DNA of 64,000 nt from Macrostomum hystrix. Taxonomy: Eukaryota; Animalia; Platyhelminthes. Below are positions 49,338 to 61,139 of this stretch, piece after piece; positions within the stretch are counted from its first letter, which is position 1, and each line of letters begins with the position of its first letter. The notes below the pieces were generated by a model. That model was not told the origin of the DNA, did no database searches, and saw nothing but the letters and a program-made list of their open reading frames with translations. The stretch covers positions 4,836,001-4,900,000 of the forward strand of contig CATNEN010000003.1 of the NCBI GenBank assembly GCA_950097015.1, read 5' to 3'. The translations under genes and the position numbers were made by a program.

Positions 49338-51480
49338 AATTCCTAGTTCACGGGAATCCCATTCTTTAAAATCCCCAGTTCACGGGAATCCCATTCTTCA
49401 AAATCCCCAGTTCACGGAAATCCCATTCTTCAAAATCCCCAGTTCACGGGAATCCCATTCTTCAAAATCCCCAGTTCACCGGAATCCCATTCTTCAAAAT
49501 CCCCAGTTCACGGAAATCCCATTCTTCAAAATCCCCAGTGCACGGGAATCCCATTCTTTAAAATCCCCAGTTCACGGGAATCCCATTCTTCAAAATCACC
49601 AGTTCACGGAAATCCCATTCTTCAAAATCCCCAGTTCACGGAAATCCCATTCTTCAATATCCCCAGTTCACGGGAATCCCATTCTTCAAAATCCCCAGTT
49701 CACGGGAATCCCATTCTTCAAAATCCCAGTTCACTGGAATCCCATTCTTCAAAATCCCCAGTTGACGGAAATCCCATTCTTCAAAATCCCCAGTTCACGG
49801 GAATCCCATTCTTCAAAATCACCAGTTCACGGAAATCCCATTCTTCAAAATCCCCAGTTCACGGAAATCCCATTCTTCAATATCCCCAGTTCACGGGAAT
49901 CCCATTCTTCAATATCCCCAGTTCACGGGAATCCCATTCTTCAAAATCCCAGTTCACTGGAATCCCATTCTTCAAAATCCCCAGTTGACGGAAATCCCAT
50001 TCTTCAAAATCCCCAGTTCACGGGAATCCCATTCTTCAAAATCCCCAGTTCACGGGAATCCCATTCTTCAAAATCCCAGTTCACCGGAATCCCATTCTTC
50101 AAAATCCCCAGTTGACGGAAATCCCATGCTTCAAAATCCCCAGTTCACGGGAATCCCATTCTTCAAAATCCCCAGTTCACGGGAATCCCATTCTTCAAAA
50201 TCCCCAGTTCACGGGAATCCCATTCTTCAAAATCCCAGTTCACCGAATCCCATTCTTCAAAATCCCCAGTTGACGGAAATCCCATTCTTCAAAATCCCCA
50301 GTTCACGGAAATCCCATTCTTCAAAATCCCCAGTTCACGGGAATCCCATTCTTCAAAATCCCTAGTTCACGGAAATCCCATTCTTCAAAATCCCCAGTTC
50401 ACGGGAATCCCATTCTTCAAAATCCCCAGTTCACGGGAATCCCATTCTTCAAAATCCCCAGTTCACGGGAATCCCATTCTTTAAAATACCCAGTGCACGG
50501 GAATCCCATTCTTCAAAATCCCCAGTTCACGGGAATCCCATTCTTCAAAATCCCCAGTTCACGGGAATCCCATTCTTCAAAATCCCCAGTTCACGGGAAT
50601 CCCATTCTTCAAAATCCCCAGTTGACGGGAATCCCATTCTTCAAAATCCCCAGTTCACGGGAATCCCATTCTTCAAAATCCCCAGTTCACGGGAATCCCA
50701 TTCTTCAAAATCCCCAGTTCACGGAAATCCCATTCTTCAAAATCCCCAGTTCACAGGAATCCCATTCTTCAAAATACCCAGTTCACCGGAATCCCATTCT
50801 TCAAAATCCCCAGTTCACGGGAATCCCATTCTTCAAAATACCCAGTTCACGGGAATCCCATTCTTCAAAATCCCCAGTTCACGGGAATCCCATTCTTCAA
50901 AATCCCCAGTTCACGGGAATCCCATTCTTCAAAATCCCCAGTTCACGGGAATCCCATTCTTTAAAATACCCAGTGCACGGGAATCCCATTCTTCAAAATC
51001 CCCAGTTCACGGGAATCCCATTCTTCAAAATCCCCAGTTCACGGGAATCCCATTCTTCAAAATCCCCAGTTTACGGGAATCCCATTCTTCAAAATCCCCA
51101 GTTCACGGGAATCCCATTCTTCAAAATCCCCAGTTCACGGGAATCCCATTCTTTAAAATACCCAGTGCACGGGAATCCCATTCTTCAAAATCCCCAGTTC
51201 ACGGGAATCCCATTCTTCAAAATCCCCAGTTCACGGGAATCCCATTCTTCAAAATCCCCAGTTTACGGGAATCCCATTCTTCAAAATCCCCAGTTCACGG
51301 AAATCCCATTCTTCAAAATCCCCAGTTGACGGGAATCCCATTCTTCAAAATCCCCAGTTCACGGGAATCCCATTCTTCAAAATCCCCAGTTCACGGGAAT
51401 CCCATTCTTCAAAATACCCAGTTCACGGGAATCCCATTCTTCAAAATCCACGGTTCAATGGAATCCCATTCTTCGAAATC
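49338..51480. repeat. Minisatellite, 32-bp unit AAATCCCCAGTTCACGGGAATCCCATTCTTCA
   Basis: Tandem unit; produces 32-aa periodic ORFs. Confidence 0.97.
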
Positions 51481-51484
51481 TCTA

Positions 51485-51696
51485 GGCACAGTGAGAGTGT
51501 ACACTGCCTGACAATGAGAAAGTCGGGGCAGATGTACACACCTGTGTGAGTGTGTGCCTGCGTACGGTATCTGTGTGCGTGTGTGCTCAGGAGTCAGTGA
51601 AATGCGCAGAATTGCTTCCTCGCTGGCTGCGGGTCTAGTGTCACCAAATGGTGTGCCATTGCCCGCAGCCCTCTTGCAGTTATCATTACTATTATT
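51485..51696 (+). mobile_element. SINE family B, 5'-truncated copy at the edge of the 32-bp array
   Basis: Near-identical to 36884-37080; ATT-rich tail; TCTAGG on both sides (possible TSD). Confidence 0.85.
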
Positions 51697-51895
51697 CCAC
51701 AGTCTAGGGGAATCCCCATTCTCCAGAAAACCCCCAGTTCATGCAGAAACCGGGTAACTCGAAAAGTCTTTTTAAGCAGCCCGTTATTGCTAAATTAAGT
51801 TCTTTCTGATTTTAAGTCGAACCAATTTTTTACTTCACACATTCATTTAACAACGGTTTTTTCAGTAAAATGCATTTATGAATCCTAGTTAAAAT

Positions 51896-52113
51896 TTAAG
51901 GTTGCGTACGGCTGTTCAGTCCATGGACTGGGGGGGATGCCACACCCACCTTCAATTATCCCAGCTGATGCTGGTACCCATTTAACAGCTGGGTGAACTG
52001 AAGCAATGCAGAGTTAGTGTCTTGCTAAAGGACACAAATTGTTCCAGTGGAGTCAGAAATCGAACCCCCGACCTTCAAGTCTAATCTAATCACGCTCTAA
52101 TCACAAGACTACA
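51896..52113 (-). mobile_element. SINE family A, 3'-truncated copy
   Basis: Reverse complement matches ~34207-34430, including the B box and CORE-like domain. Confidence 0.85.
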
Positions 52114-53020
52114 AGACAATAAATAAATTATTTAAACAATATGATTGCTCGCATTAGTTGTCGTTAAATTTAAATGAGACTGTAACATATTCTTCATTCT
52201 CGCAATTTTATCTGATTAGCAAACAGTTTGTGTTTTAATTAACAAGAAAACAAGAAATCATAATCAAATTTCATATTTTTATTTTTAATCTTCAAAAAAT
52301 GATATCCAAACTAGCATCAGATTCAACTCAAACTGTATATAGGTCTCGACAATACCCAAGGGGCTTCATAAATGAGAATGTGAGAATGTGAAAAAAAACC
52401 TTAGTTAGACAGACGGGTTGAGAATTGAGATGGAATGAGTAGGTAGGGAAGGAATGAAGGGTTAAGAAAGTTAAGGTAATGCATGTGGACTGATCCGGAG
52501 CTAAGTACAGAATTGAATGCATAATAAAACAGAGATCGAGGTTTAAAAGCTTCCATTCCTCTACTCTGGTCTTTAGAATGGTCTTTAGAGATTTGCTGCA
52601 TCATTTCCTATGCAGCCTATTGGGGTATAGAAAGGCGTAGTAGCTATAGGGCCAACGAGTGTGCTCACTCTGTGTGCTCAAACTATGTCCAATGTATTTT
52701 AGTTAAAATAGTAAAAATTCACGGGCATGTGACACACACCCGCCCCCCAAACCCAACTGCCAGTGTTAAAATTTGAAGCAAAGACAGATAGACATAGTTT
52801 TGTTCTATACACGCTGCCGACTGCAGTTAAAAGGCAAAACTAATTTTCTTATCACGTCAGAGTTAATTAACTTAATCTTAATTGTAATTAAGACCTGATT
52901 TTATATTCAAAATCATTATTAAGACACCAAATTAATGTTTCTTTTGCAGCTTCGCAATATCTCATCTTGGAAAATATTTTATCACTAGAAGAATAAAACA
53001 TAAATTTAACAAAGAAGACA

Positions 53021-53077
53021 ATGACTGAACTGCAAAAGTCGCCTCAAGTTGATATGAAAGGGTTCTTGTTGCGCTAT
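53021..53077 (+). CDS. PLEKHA5/6/7-like PH-domain protein, coding exon 1
   Basis: MTELQKSPQVDMKGFLLRY (PH beta1 KGFL); in-frame stop upstream; donor GTGAGT. Hand-built join, phase-consistent throughout: 53021-53077,55017-55092,55185-55282,55902-56235,57948-58187,58660-58722,59042-59343,61140-61573,62348-63117,63525->64000. Confidence 0.7.
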
Positions 53078-53199
53078 GTGAGTTTTGTGTATTTCTAAAT
53101 CTTCTTTTATTTTTATTTTTAGTTATTTTTTATTTAATGAACATGTCAAGTCATTTTGAAGCACATCTTTTCTTTCTGACGTACATATAGTCATTCGGA

Positions 53200-54860
53200 A
53201 AAACATCTTGTCATTCTGTAGCTCATCTTGTCATTCTGTAGCTCATCCTGTCATTCTGTAGCTTATCTTGTCTTCTGTAGCTCATCTTGTCATTCTGTAG
53301 CTCATCTTGTCATTCTGTAGCTCATCTTGTCATTCTGTAGCTCGTCTTGTCATTCTGTAGCTCATCCTGTCATTCTGTAGCTCATCTTGTCATTCTGTAG
53401 CTCATCCTGTCATTCTGTAGTTCATCTTGTCATTCTGATGCTCATCTTTTCATTCTGTGGCTCATCTTGTCATTCTGTAACTCATCTTGTCGTTCTGTAG
53501 CTCATCTTGTCATTCTGTAGCTCATCCTGTCATTCTGTAACTCATCTTGTCGTTCTGTAGCTCATCCTGTCATTCTGTGACTCATCTTTTCATTCTGTGA
53601 CTCATCTTGTCAGTCTGTGACTCATCTTGTCAGTCTGATGCTCATCTTGTCATTCTGTGACTCATCTTTTCATTCTGTGACTCATCTTGTCAATCTGATG
53701 CTCATCTTGTCATTCTGTAGCTTATCTTGTCATTCTGATGCTCATCTTGTCAATCTGTGACTCATTTTGTCATTTTGTAGCTCATCTTGTCACTCTGATG
53801 CTCATCCTGTCATTCTGTAGCTCATCCTGTCATTCTGTAGCTTATCTTGTGATTCTGATGCTCATCTTGTCATTCTAATGCTCATCTTGTCGTTCTGTAA
53901 CTCATCTTGTCATTCTGTAGCTCGTCTTGTCATTCTGTAGCTCGTCTTGTCATTCTGTAGCTCGTCTTGTCATTCTGTAGCTCGTCTTGTCATTCTGTAG
54001 CTCGTCTTGTCATTCTATAGCTCGTCTTGTCATTCTGTAGCTCGTCTTGTCATTCTGTAGTTCGTCTTGTCATTCTGTAGCTGTTCTTGTCATTCTGTAG
54101 CTCGTCTTGTCATTATGTAGCTCATCTTGTCATTCTGTAGCTCATCTTGTCATTATGTAGCTCATCCTGTCATTCTGTAACTCATCTTGTCATTCTGTAG
54201 CTCATCTTGTCAATCTGTGACTCATTTTGTCAATCTGTGACTCATTTTGTCATTTTGTAGCTCATCTTGTCATTCTGATGCTCATCTTATCATTCTGATG
54301 CACATCTTGTCATTCTGTAGCTCGTCTTGTCATTCTGTAACTCATCTTGTCAATCTGTGACTCATCTTGTCATTCTGTAGCTCATCTTGTCATTCTGATG
54401 CTCATCTTATCATTCCGATGCACATCTTGTCATTCTGTAGCTCATCCTGTCATTCTGTAGCTTATCTTGTGATTCTGATGCTCATCTTGTCATTCTGATG
54501 CTCATCTTGTCATTCTGTAGCTTATCTTGTGATTCTGATGCTCATCTTGTCATTCTGATGCTCATCTTGTCATTCTGATGCTCATCTTGTCATTCTGATG
54601 CTCATCTTGTCATTCTGATGCTCATCTTGTCATTCTGGAGCTTATCTTGTCAGTCTGATGCTCATCTTGTCATTCTGTAGCTCATCTTGTCATTATAGAG
54701 CTCGTCTTGTCATTATCTAGCCCATCTTGCCATTCGGAAGCTAATCTTGTCATTCTGAGTCTCATCTTATCATTCTGGAGCTTATCTTGTCATTCTAAGT
54801 CTCATCTTATCATTCTGTAGCTTATCTTGTCATTCTAGAGCTCATCTTGTCATTCTAAGC
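53200..54860. repeat. Minisatellite, 20-bp unit CTCATCTTGTCATTCTGTAG in PH-gene intron 1
   Basis: About 80 units in register. Confidence 0.97.
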
Positions 54861-55016
54861 ATAATTTAGTCGAAAAACATATCAACAATTATTCAGCACC
54901 TGATTAAGTCTATCAATGACTCATCCAGCACCTCATCAAGATTATTAATAACTCATGCTGCATTTGATCAACCGCACATAATATTGCTGATCTATTTAAT
55001 TTGCAATTTTAATTAG

Positions 55017-55092
55017 GAAACATTTAAAGGACGCAGTGGCTGGAAGAAGCGCTGGGCAGTGCTGTGTGATTTCTGTCTTTATCTCTACAAAG
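55017..55092 (+). CDS. PH-domain gene, exon 2
   Basis: WKKRWAVLCDFCLYLYK, a classic PH beta2-beta3 motif. Confidence 0.85.
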
Positions 55093-55184
55093 GTAACTTG
55101 AGAATATTATCTTTAGTAAGCTTGATTAAAGTGGTCTTTCGGTTGCTATTAAATTTCTTTATTTTGTTTAAAATTAATTTTCAG

Positions 55185-55282
55185 AGCAAACTAGCCAGGA
55201 GTGCTTCTACGCTCTGTTGTTGCCGAATTCTAGAGTAACTCAGTCGCATGACTCTACTGGCCAGTACAGAAGCTCAATTAAG
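55185..55282 (+). CDS. PH-domain gene, exon 3
   Basis: EQTSQECFYALLLPNSRV...IK; phase 1 in, phase 0 out. Confidence 0.8.
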
Positions 55283-55301
55283 GTAAAACTTTATGGCCTA
55301 G

Positions 55302-55806
55302 AGTGTGAGGCAGTGGGATGAAAGGTGTGAGGCAGTGGGATCAAGAGTGTGAGGCAGTGGGATCAAGGGTGTGAGGGAGTGGGATCAAGGTTGTGAGGGA
55401 GTGGGATCAAGGTTGTGAGGCAGTGGGATCAAGATTGTGAGGCAGTGGGATCAAGAGTGTGAGGCAGTGGGATCAAGAGTGTGAGGCAGTGGGATCAAGG
55501 GTGTGAGGCAGTGGGATCAAGAGTGTGAGGCAGTGGGATCAAGGGTGTGAGGGAGTGGGATCAAGGTTGTGAGGCAGTGGGATCAAGAGTGTGAGGCAGT
55601 GGGATCAAGGGTGTGAGGCAGTGGGATCAAGGGTGTCAGGCAGTGGGATCAAGAGTGTGAGGCAGTGGGATCAAGTGTGTGAGGCAGTGGGATCAAGGGT
55701 GTGAGGGAGTGGGATCAAGGGTGTGAGGCAGTGGGATCAAGGTTGTGAGGCAGTGGGATCAAGGGTGTGAGGCAGTGGGATCAAGAGTGTGAGGCAGTGG
55801 GATCAA
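55302..55806. repeat. Minisatellite, 22-bp unit GTGTGAGGCAGTGGGATCAAG(A/G) in PH-gene intron 3
   Basis: Tandem unit read directly. Confidence 0.95.
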
Positions 55807-55901
55807 GTTAGTGTGTTTGGTATAAAGTATGTTAATAGGAAAAGTTTCTGAGCAGAGACCAGACCCTGACCCTTCACAACTCCTCTTTTCTTTTTCCGCA
55901 G

Positions 55902-56084
55902 GTGGAAGAGGCTAATCAGCAGCCAGTCTACCTGAGCACGGAGACTCCGCTAGATTTCCAGCAGTGGTTCGATGCCCTAGCATCGGCTGCCCAGATGCGT
56001 CGACTGCATCCGGATCAGCAGCAGCAGCAGCAGCTGGATGTCTCGGTTGGCCAAATTCAAATTGGCGGCCAGGGCAGCCTGTAT

Positions 56085-56116
<32 letters not shown>

Positions 56117-56235
56117 CTACAGCATCGGCGGTCAGTCACAGACTGTGGTCACCACCACTCAGACTACCTCTACTGCTAATAGAGGGCAGCAGCAGCAGCA
56201 GCAGTATGCTGATGGATATGGTGCCGGCTTTGAGG
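55902..56235 (+). CDS. PH-domain gene, exon 4
   Basis: YLSTETPLDFQQWFDAL (PH C-terminal helix with Trp), then polyQ; strong acceptor; donor GTGAGC. Confidence 0.85.
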
Positions 56236-56276
56236 GTGAGCCTAATTCATTGTCACTGTCATTGTAATTGACACAC

Positions 56277-56540
56277 GCTTTCAAAGTCACTCTGTAGCTT
56301 TCAAAGTCACTCTGTAGCTTTCAAAGTCACTCTGTAGCTTTCAAAGTCACTCTGTAGCTTTCAAAGTCACTCTGTAGCTTTCAAAGTCACTCTCTTACTG
56401 TCATTGTCACTCTTTTACTGTCACTGTGTCTCTCTTACTGTCACTGTCACTCTCTTACTGTCATTGTCACTCTTTTACTGTCACTGTGTCTCTCTTACTG
56501 TCACTGTCACTCTCTCACTGTCACTCACTGTGACACTGTT
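56277..56540. repeat. 20-bp unit GCTTTCAAAGTCACTCTGTA followed by a TCACTG-based repeat, PH-gene intron 4
   Basis: Read directly. Confidence 0.88.
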
Positions 56541-57715
56541 TCTATTTCATTCATTCTATTTGTTTCTATTCTATTTCTATTCTATTTCACCTATCTTTCT
56601 TTCTAAAATGTCTCTGTCTGTGAGGTTTTTCTTAAACTTGTTCATTCTCACTGTTTACTCAAAGACGACTCTTAGAGCTCTAGCCAGACTCAAATTGTCC
56701 AGACTATTGGCGCATACCAGGTACTAGCACAAATATTCTGTCTGAGTACTTTGCTGTTAAAAAAATCCATGTGGCCCCGTAATTCTAAACTATTAGTTCA
56801 AGAGGTAGAATAAATTACTCGTATTTAAGCCCTAATTATAAATAGGAGGGTATAATATTTTCGTCTACTATTTAGTTAGCTGAATATTAATTTGGTTTAC
56901 TAAATGATCCACTGACTGTTCGTTTGTGTGTGTTTTTTCTAACGCAAAGCGGTTTTAACCCACACAAACTAACAGTAGCCTAAAACCCTATTATGTGTTT
57001 GTGTCTTGCCTTGGGGCAACCCTTCCGCTACTGTATTCTTTAGTAATGCTTTATTGTTGCCTAAATCTAGCCTGGCTTAACCTTGTCTCTATTCTTTTTT
57101 CTCTTTGAGTCTATACTCAACCGTCGACGCCCCGTTTTGGACAGTCATTTCTAAGAAGGGTTTCTTATAGCGTTAAGTTTTTAAAAATGTAACTAAAATT
57201 TTGCTAGTCCTTTTATCGTCGATTGACTGGTTGAATTGTGAATTATCCCTTTAAAATTGTGTACTTTTCACAAAATTCAACCCCAAAGATAAAAATCCTT
57301 AAATGAGTGTTCGTACTTTGAAAAAGTACTTTTAGTAGTGTGAACCGCTCGGTCAAGTATTTAACGGTGCGATATATTAGTTTGCACTTTTAATACTTTA
57401 AGCCACAATTAATATATTCGCTGCCTCTGTGCTTATATCCTGAAGATAAATGATGATCTGTACTTTAAGCGAAATTTAATCCCTAAAAAGTACTCTATAT
57501 TTTGTATCGCCCTTCCAACAAGTACTTTAAGTAGTGTAGACTCCCCAATAAAGTACTTCGAAAATGACTCGATTTTTTTGCACTTTTAGACACTTATAAA
57601 AGTATTTGAAGATAAGAAAAAGTACTTTTACTAGTGTGTACTTTTAAGAGCTTTATCAATCGAATAATAGTTTCACTTCTTAATAGTTTCTGCCTCTAAG
57701 AAAATAGAAAAAATA

Positions 57716-57922
57716 TTATTATTGATTACACCTGCCCAAATCGGCCAGATGTGCAGCCGACAGCACAGTCGCAGCTATTGCACGGCGCATCTGAAGGATG
57801 CGTACGGCTGTTCAGTCCATGGACTGGGGGGACGCCACACCCCTGATTTACAACCCAGCCAATGCTGGTACCCATTTAACATTTGGGTGAACTGAAGCAA
57901 TGCAGAGTTTAATGTATCTTGA
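57716..57922 (-). mobile_element. SINE family A, 5'-truncated copy
   Basis: Reverse complement matches ~34300-34505 (CORE-like part, 3' region and AT tail). Confidence 0.85.
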
Positions 57923-57947
57923 CAATGATTAAACATCATATTTACAG

Positions 57948-58187
57948 TCAGCAGTCGCAATCATCAATACGATTATCGCGACGAAGGCGGCGAAGTTGGT
58001 GAAGCGGCCGCCACCTCGGCCACTGTCCGGCTGTCCAATCCGACTCTGGCTACAGCCGAAGGTCAGTACAATTTCCGTCAGCAGTATACCGTGCAGCAGC
58101 AGCCGATAGTCGCCGCATCGACAACTGTCACAACAACCACTGTTGAGCGCAGTCAGGCTGGCAGCGATCAGCAGCAGATGCGTACAA
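57948..58187 (+). CDS. PH-domain gene, exon 5
   Basis: Open frame SSRNHQYDY...QQQMRT; AG/GT bounded; phase 1/1. Confidence 0.75.
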
Positions 58188-58224
58188 GTGAGATTTTTAT
58201 CTATTATCTGCTTATTTAAATAGA

Positions 58225-58560
58225 CAAATCAGATACGATTCAAGCGCGGACCAATCAGATATGAGTTTAGGGCGGACCAATCCGATATAATTCAAGCGTG
58301 GACCAATCAGATACGAGTTTAGCGCGGACCAATCAGATATAATTCAAGCGCGGACCAATCAGAGACGAGTTTAGCGCGGACCAATCAGAGACGAGTTTAG
58401 CGCGGACCAATCAGAGACGAGTTTAGCGCGGACCAATCAGATATAATTCAAGCGCGGACCAATCAGATACGAGTTTAGCGCGGACCAATCAGATATAATT
58501 CAAGCGCGGACCAATCAGATACGAGTTTAGCGCGGACCAATCAGAGACGAGTTAAGCGCG
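58225..58560. repeat. Minisatellite, 26-bp unit GCGCGGACCAATCAGA(T/G)ACGAGTTTA in PH-gene intron 5
   Basis: About 12 copies, each with CCAATC. Confidence 0.92.
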
Positions 58561-58659
58561 TAACATTCAGGTCTAGAAGTTTAGCATGGACCAAACAGAT
58601 TTCCTGTGTTTTACTTTAACATTTTAAACTATGTATTTCACCGCGCTTTTTATCAACAG

Positions 58660-58722
58660 TGCACGATTCTATGCGCTCCGCCAATGGCAACGGAATCGGC
58701 GTTTCTGACGGAAATATTCAGC
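58660..58722 (+). CDS. PH-domain gene, exon 6 (63-nt symmetric mini-exon)
   Basis: CAG acceptor, GTGAGT donor, open frame HDSMRSANGNGIGVSDGNIQ. Confidence 0.65.
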
Positions 58723-58744
58723 GTGAGTTTCTTTGATTTATAAA

Positions 58745-59000
58745 ACCAATCAGCGAGCTGATAAATAATCGAATCAGCCGGTTAATAAATGAACCAACCA
58801 GCGGATTAATAAAATAACCAATCAGCGAGCTGATGAATCAACCAATCAGCAAGCTGATGAATCAACCAATCAGCGAGCTGATGAATCAACCAATCAGCAA
58901 GCTGATGAATCAACCAATCAGCGAGCTGATGAATCAACCAATCAGCGAGCTGATGAATCAACCAATCAGCGAGCTGATGAATCAACCAATCAGCGAGCTA
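58745..59000. repeat. Minisatellite, 24-bp unit CCAATCAGCGAGCTGATGAATCAA in PH-gene intron 6
   Basis: About 9 copies. Confidence 0.92.
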
Positions 59001-59041
59001 ATAAATAAACTAACCAGTAAGCAATAAATGATAAATTTTAG

Positions 59042-59343
59042 GCACAGTCGAGCGAGTTCAGTACAATGCCCAATATGGAGGCGGCGATGGCGGTGTGGCC
59101 TTAGTTCGGGCCGAACCAATCGTCCCAGCCACCGCTGCTACCACTTCTCGCACTGGTCGTTACGAGATGCGCGCCGAGGTGCACTCGCAGCAGCAGCAGC
59201 AGCAGCAGGGCCGCGGTATCGGCGGTGGCTACGGTATGGCCGGAATTGCCGGCGGCTCCCTTGGCGCGTCGAACTTCAGCATCAGCCGTCGGGCTATTGA
59301 AACTGTGCGCGAAGATCCACAGATGGACGATAGCGAAGTCATT
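59042..59343 (+). CDS. PH-domain gene, exon 7
   Basis: RTVERVQY...DDSEVI; donor GTAAGT. Confidence 0.78.
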
Positions 59344-59474
59344 GTAAGTTGGAATTTTTTACGTTTTTTATTTACTCGTAACTTGTGAGTTTAAGAAGAT
59401 TCGGTACTGATCAATTTTTTTCTCGTTTACTTGAATCCATATTTTAATCCAGTCTCATGGGTAGAATTTTTAAA

Positions 59475-61100
59475 CCCACCATCTCAGAATCTAATCTCAT
59501 AGAGAGATTTAGAATCTCCACCATCTCAGAATCTAATCTCATAGAGATTTAGAATCTCCACCATCTCAGAATCTTATCTCATAGAGAGATTTAGAATCTC
59601 CACCATCAAAGAATCTAATCTCATAGAAAGATTTAGAATCTCCACCATCTCAGAATCTAATCTCATAGAGAGATTCAGAATCTCCACCATCTCAGAATCT
59701 AATCTCATAGAGAGATTCAGAATCTCCACCATCTCAGAATCTAATCTCATAGAGAGATTTAGAATCTCCACCATCTCAGAATCTAATCTCATAGAAAGAT
59801 TTAGAATCTCCACCATCTCAGAATCTAATCTCATAGAGAGATTCGAAATCTTCTCCGTCTGAGAATCTAATCTCATAGAGAGATTTAGAATCTCCACCAT
59901 CTCAGAATCTAATCTCATAGAGAGATTTAGAATCTCCACCATCTCAGAATCTTATCTCATAGAGAGATTTAAAATCTCCACCATCAAAGAATCTAATCTC
60001 ATAGAAAGATTTAGAATCTCCACCATCTCAGATTCTAATCTCATAGAGAGATTTAGAATCTCCACCATCTCAGAATCTAATCTCATAGACAGATTCAGAA
60101 TCTCCACCATCTCAGAATCTAATCTCATAGAAAGATTTAGAATCCCCACCATCTCAGAATCTAATCTCATAGAGATTTAGAATCTCCACCATCTCAGGAT
60201 CTTATCTCATAGAGAGATTTAAAATCTCCACCATCAAAGAATCTAATCTCATAGAAAGATTTAGAATCTCCACCATCTCAGATTCTAATCTCATAGAGAG
60301 ATTTAGAATCTCCACCATCTCAGAATCTAGTCTCATAGAGATTTAGAATCTCCACCATCTCAGGATCTTATCTCATAGAGAGATTTAAAATCTCCACCAT
60401 CAAAGAATCTAATCTCATAGAAATATTTAGAATCTCCACCATCAAAGAATCTAATCTCATAGAAATATTTAGAATCTCCACCATCTCAGAATCTTATCTC
60501 ATAGAGAGATTTAGAATCTCCACCATCTCAGAATCTAATCTCATAGAGAGATTTAGAATCTCCACCATCTCAGAATCTAATCTCATAGAGAGATTCAGAA
60601 TCTCCACCATCTCAGAATCTAGTCTCAAAGAGATTTAGAATCTCCACCATCTCAGAATCTTATCTCATAGAGAGATTTAGAATCTCCACCATCAAAGAAT
60701 CTAATCTCATAGAAAGATTTAGAATCTCCACCATCTCAGAATCTAATCTCATAGAGAGATTTAGAATCTCCACCATCTCAGAATCTAATCTCATAGAGAG
60801 ATTTAGAATCTCCACCATCTCAGAATCTTATCTCATAGAGAGATTCGAAATCTTCTCCGTCTGAGAATCTAATCTCATAGAGAGATTTAGAATCTCCACC
60901 ATCTCAGAATCTAATCTCATAGAGAGATTTAGAATCTCCACCATCTCAGAATCTAATCTCATAGAGAGATTTAGAATCTCCACCATCTCAGAATCTAATC
61001 TCATAGAGAGATTTAGAATCTCCACCATCTCAGAATCTAATCTCATAGAGAGATTCAGAATCTCCACCATCTCAGAATCTAGTCTCATAGTGAGATTCAA
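59475..61100. repeat. Minisatellite, 42-bp unit ATCTCAGAATCTAATCTCATAGAGAGATTTAGAATCTCCACC in PH-gene intron 7
   Basis: Tandem unit; produces 14-aa periodic ORFs. Confidence 0.97.
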
Positions 61101-61139
61101 GCAATCTCAACACATCTACTCTACTATGTCTAATCTCAG

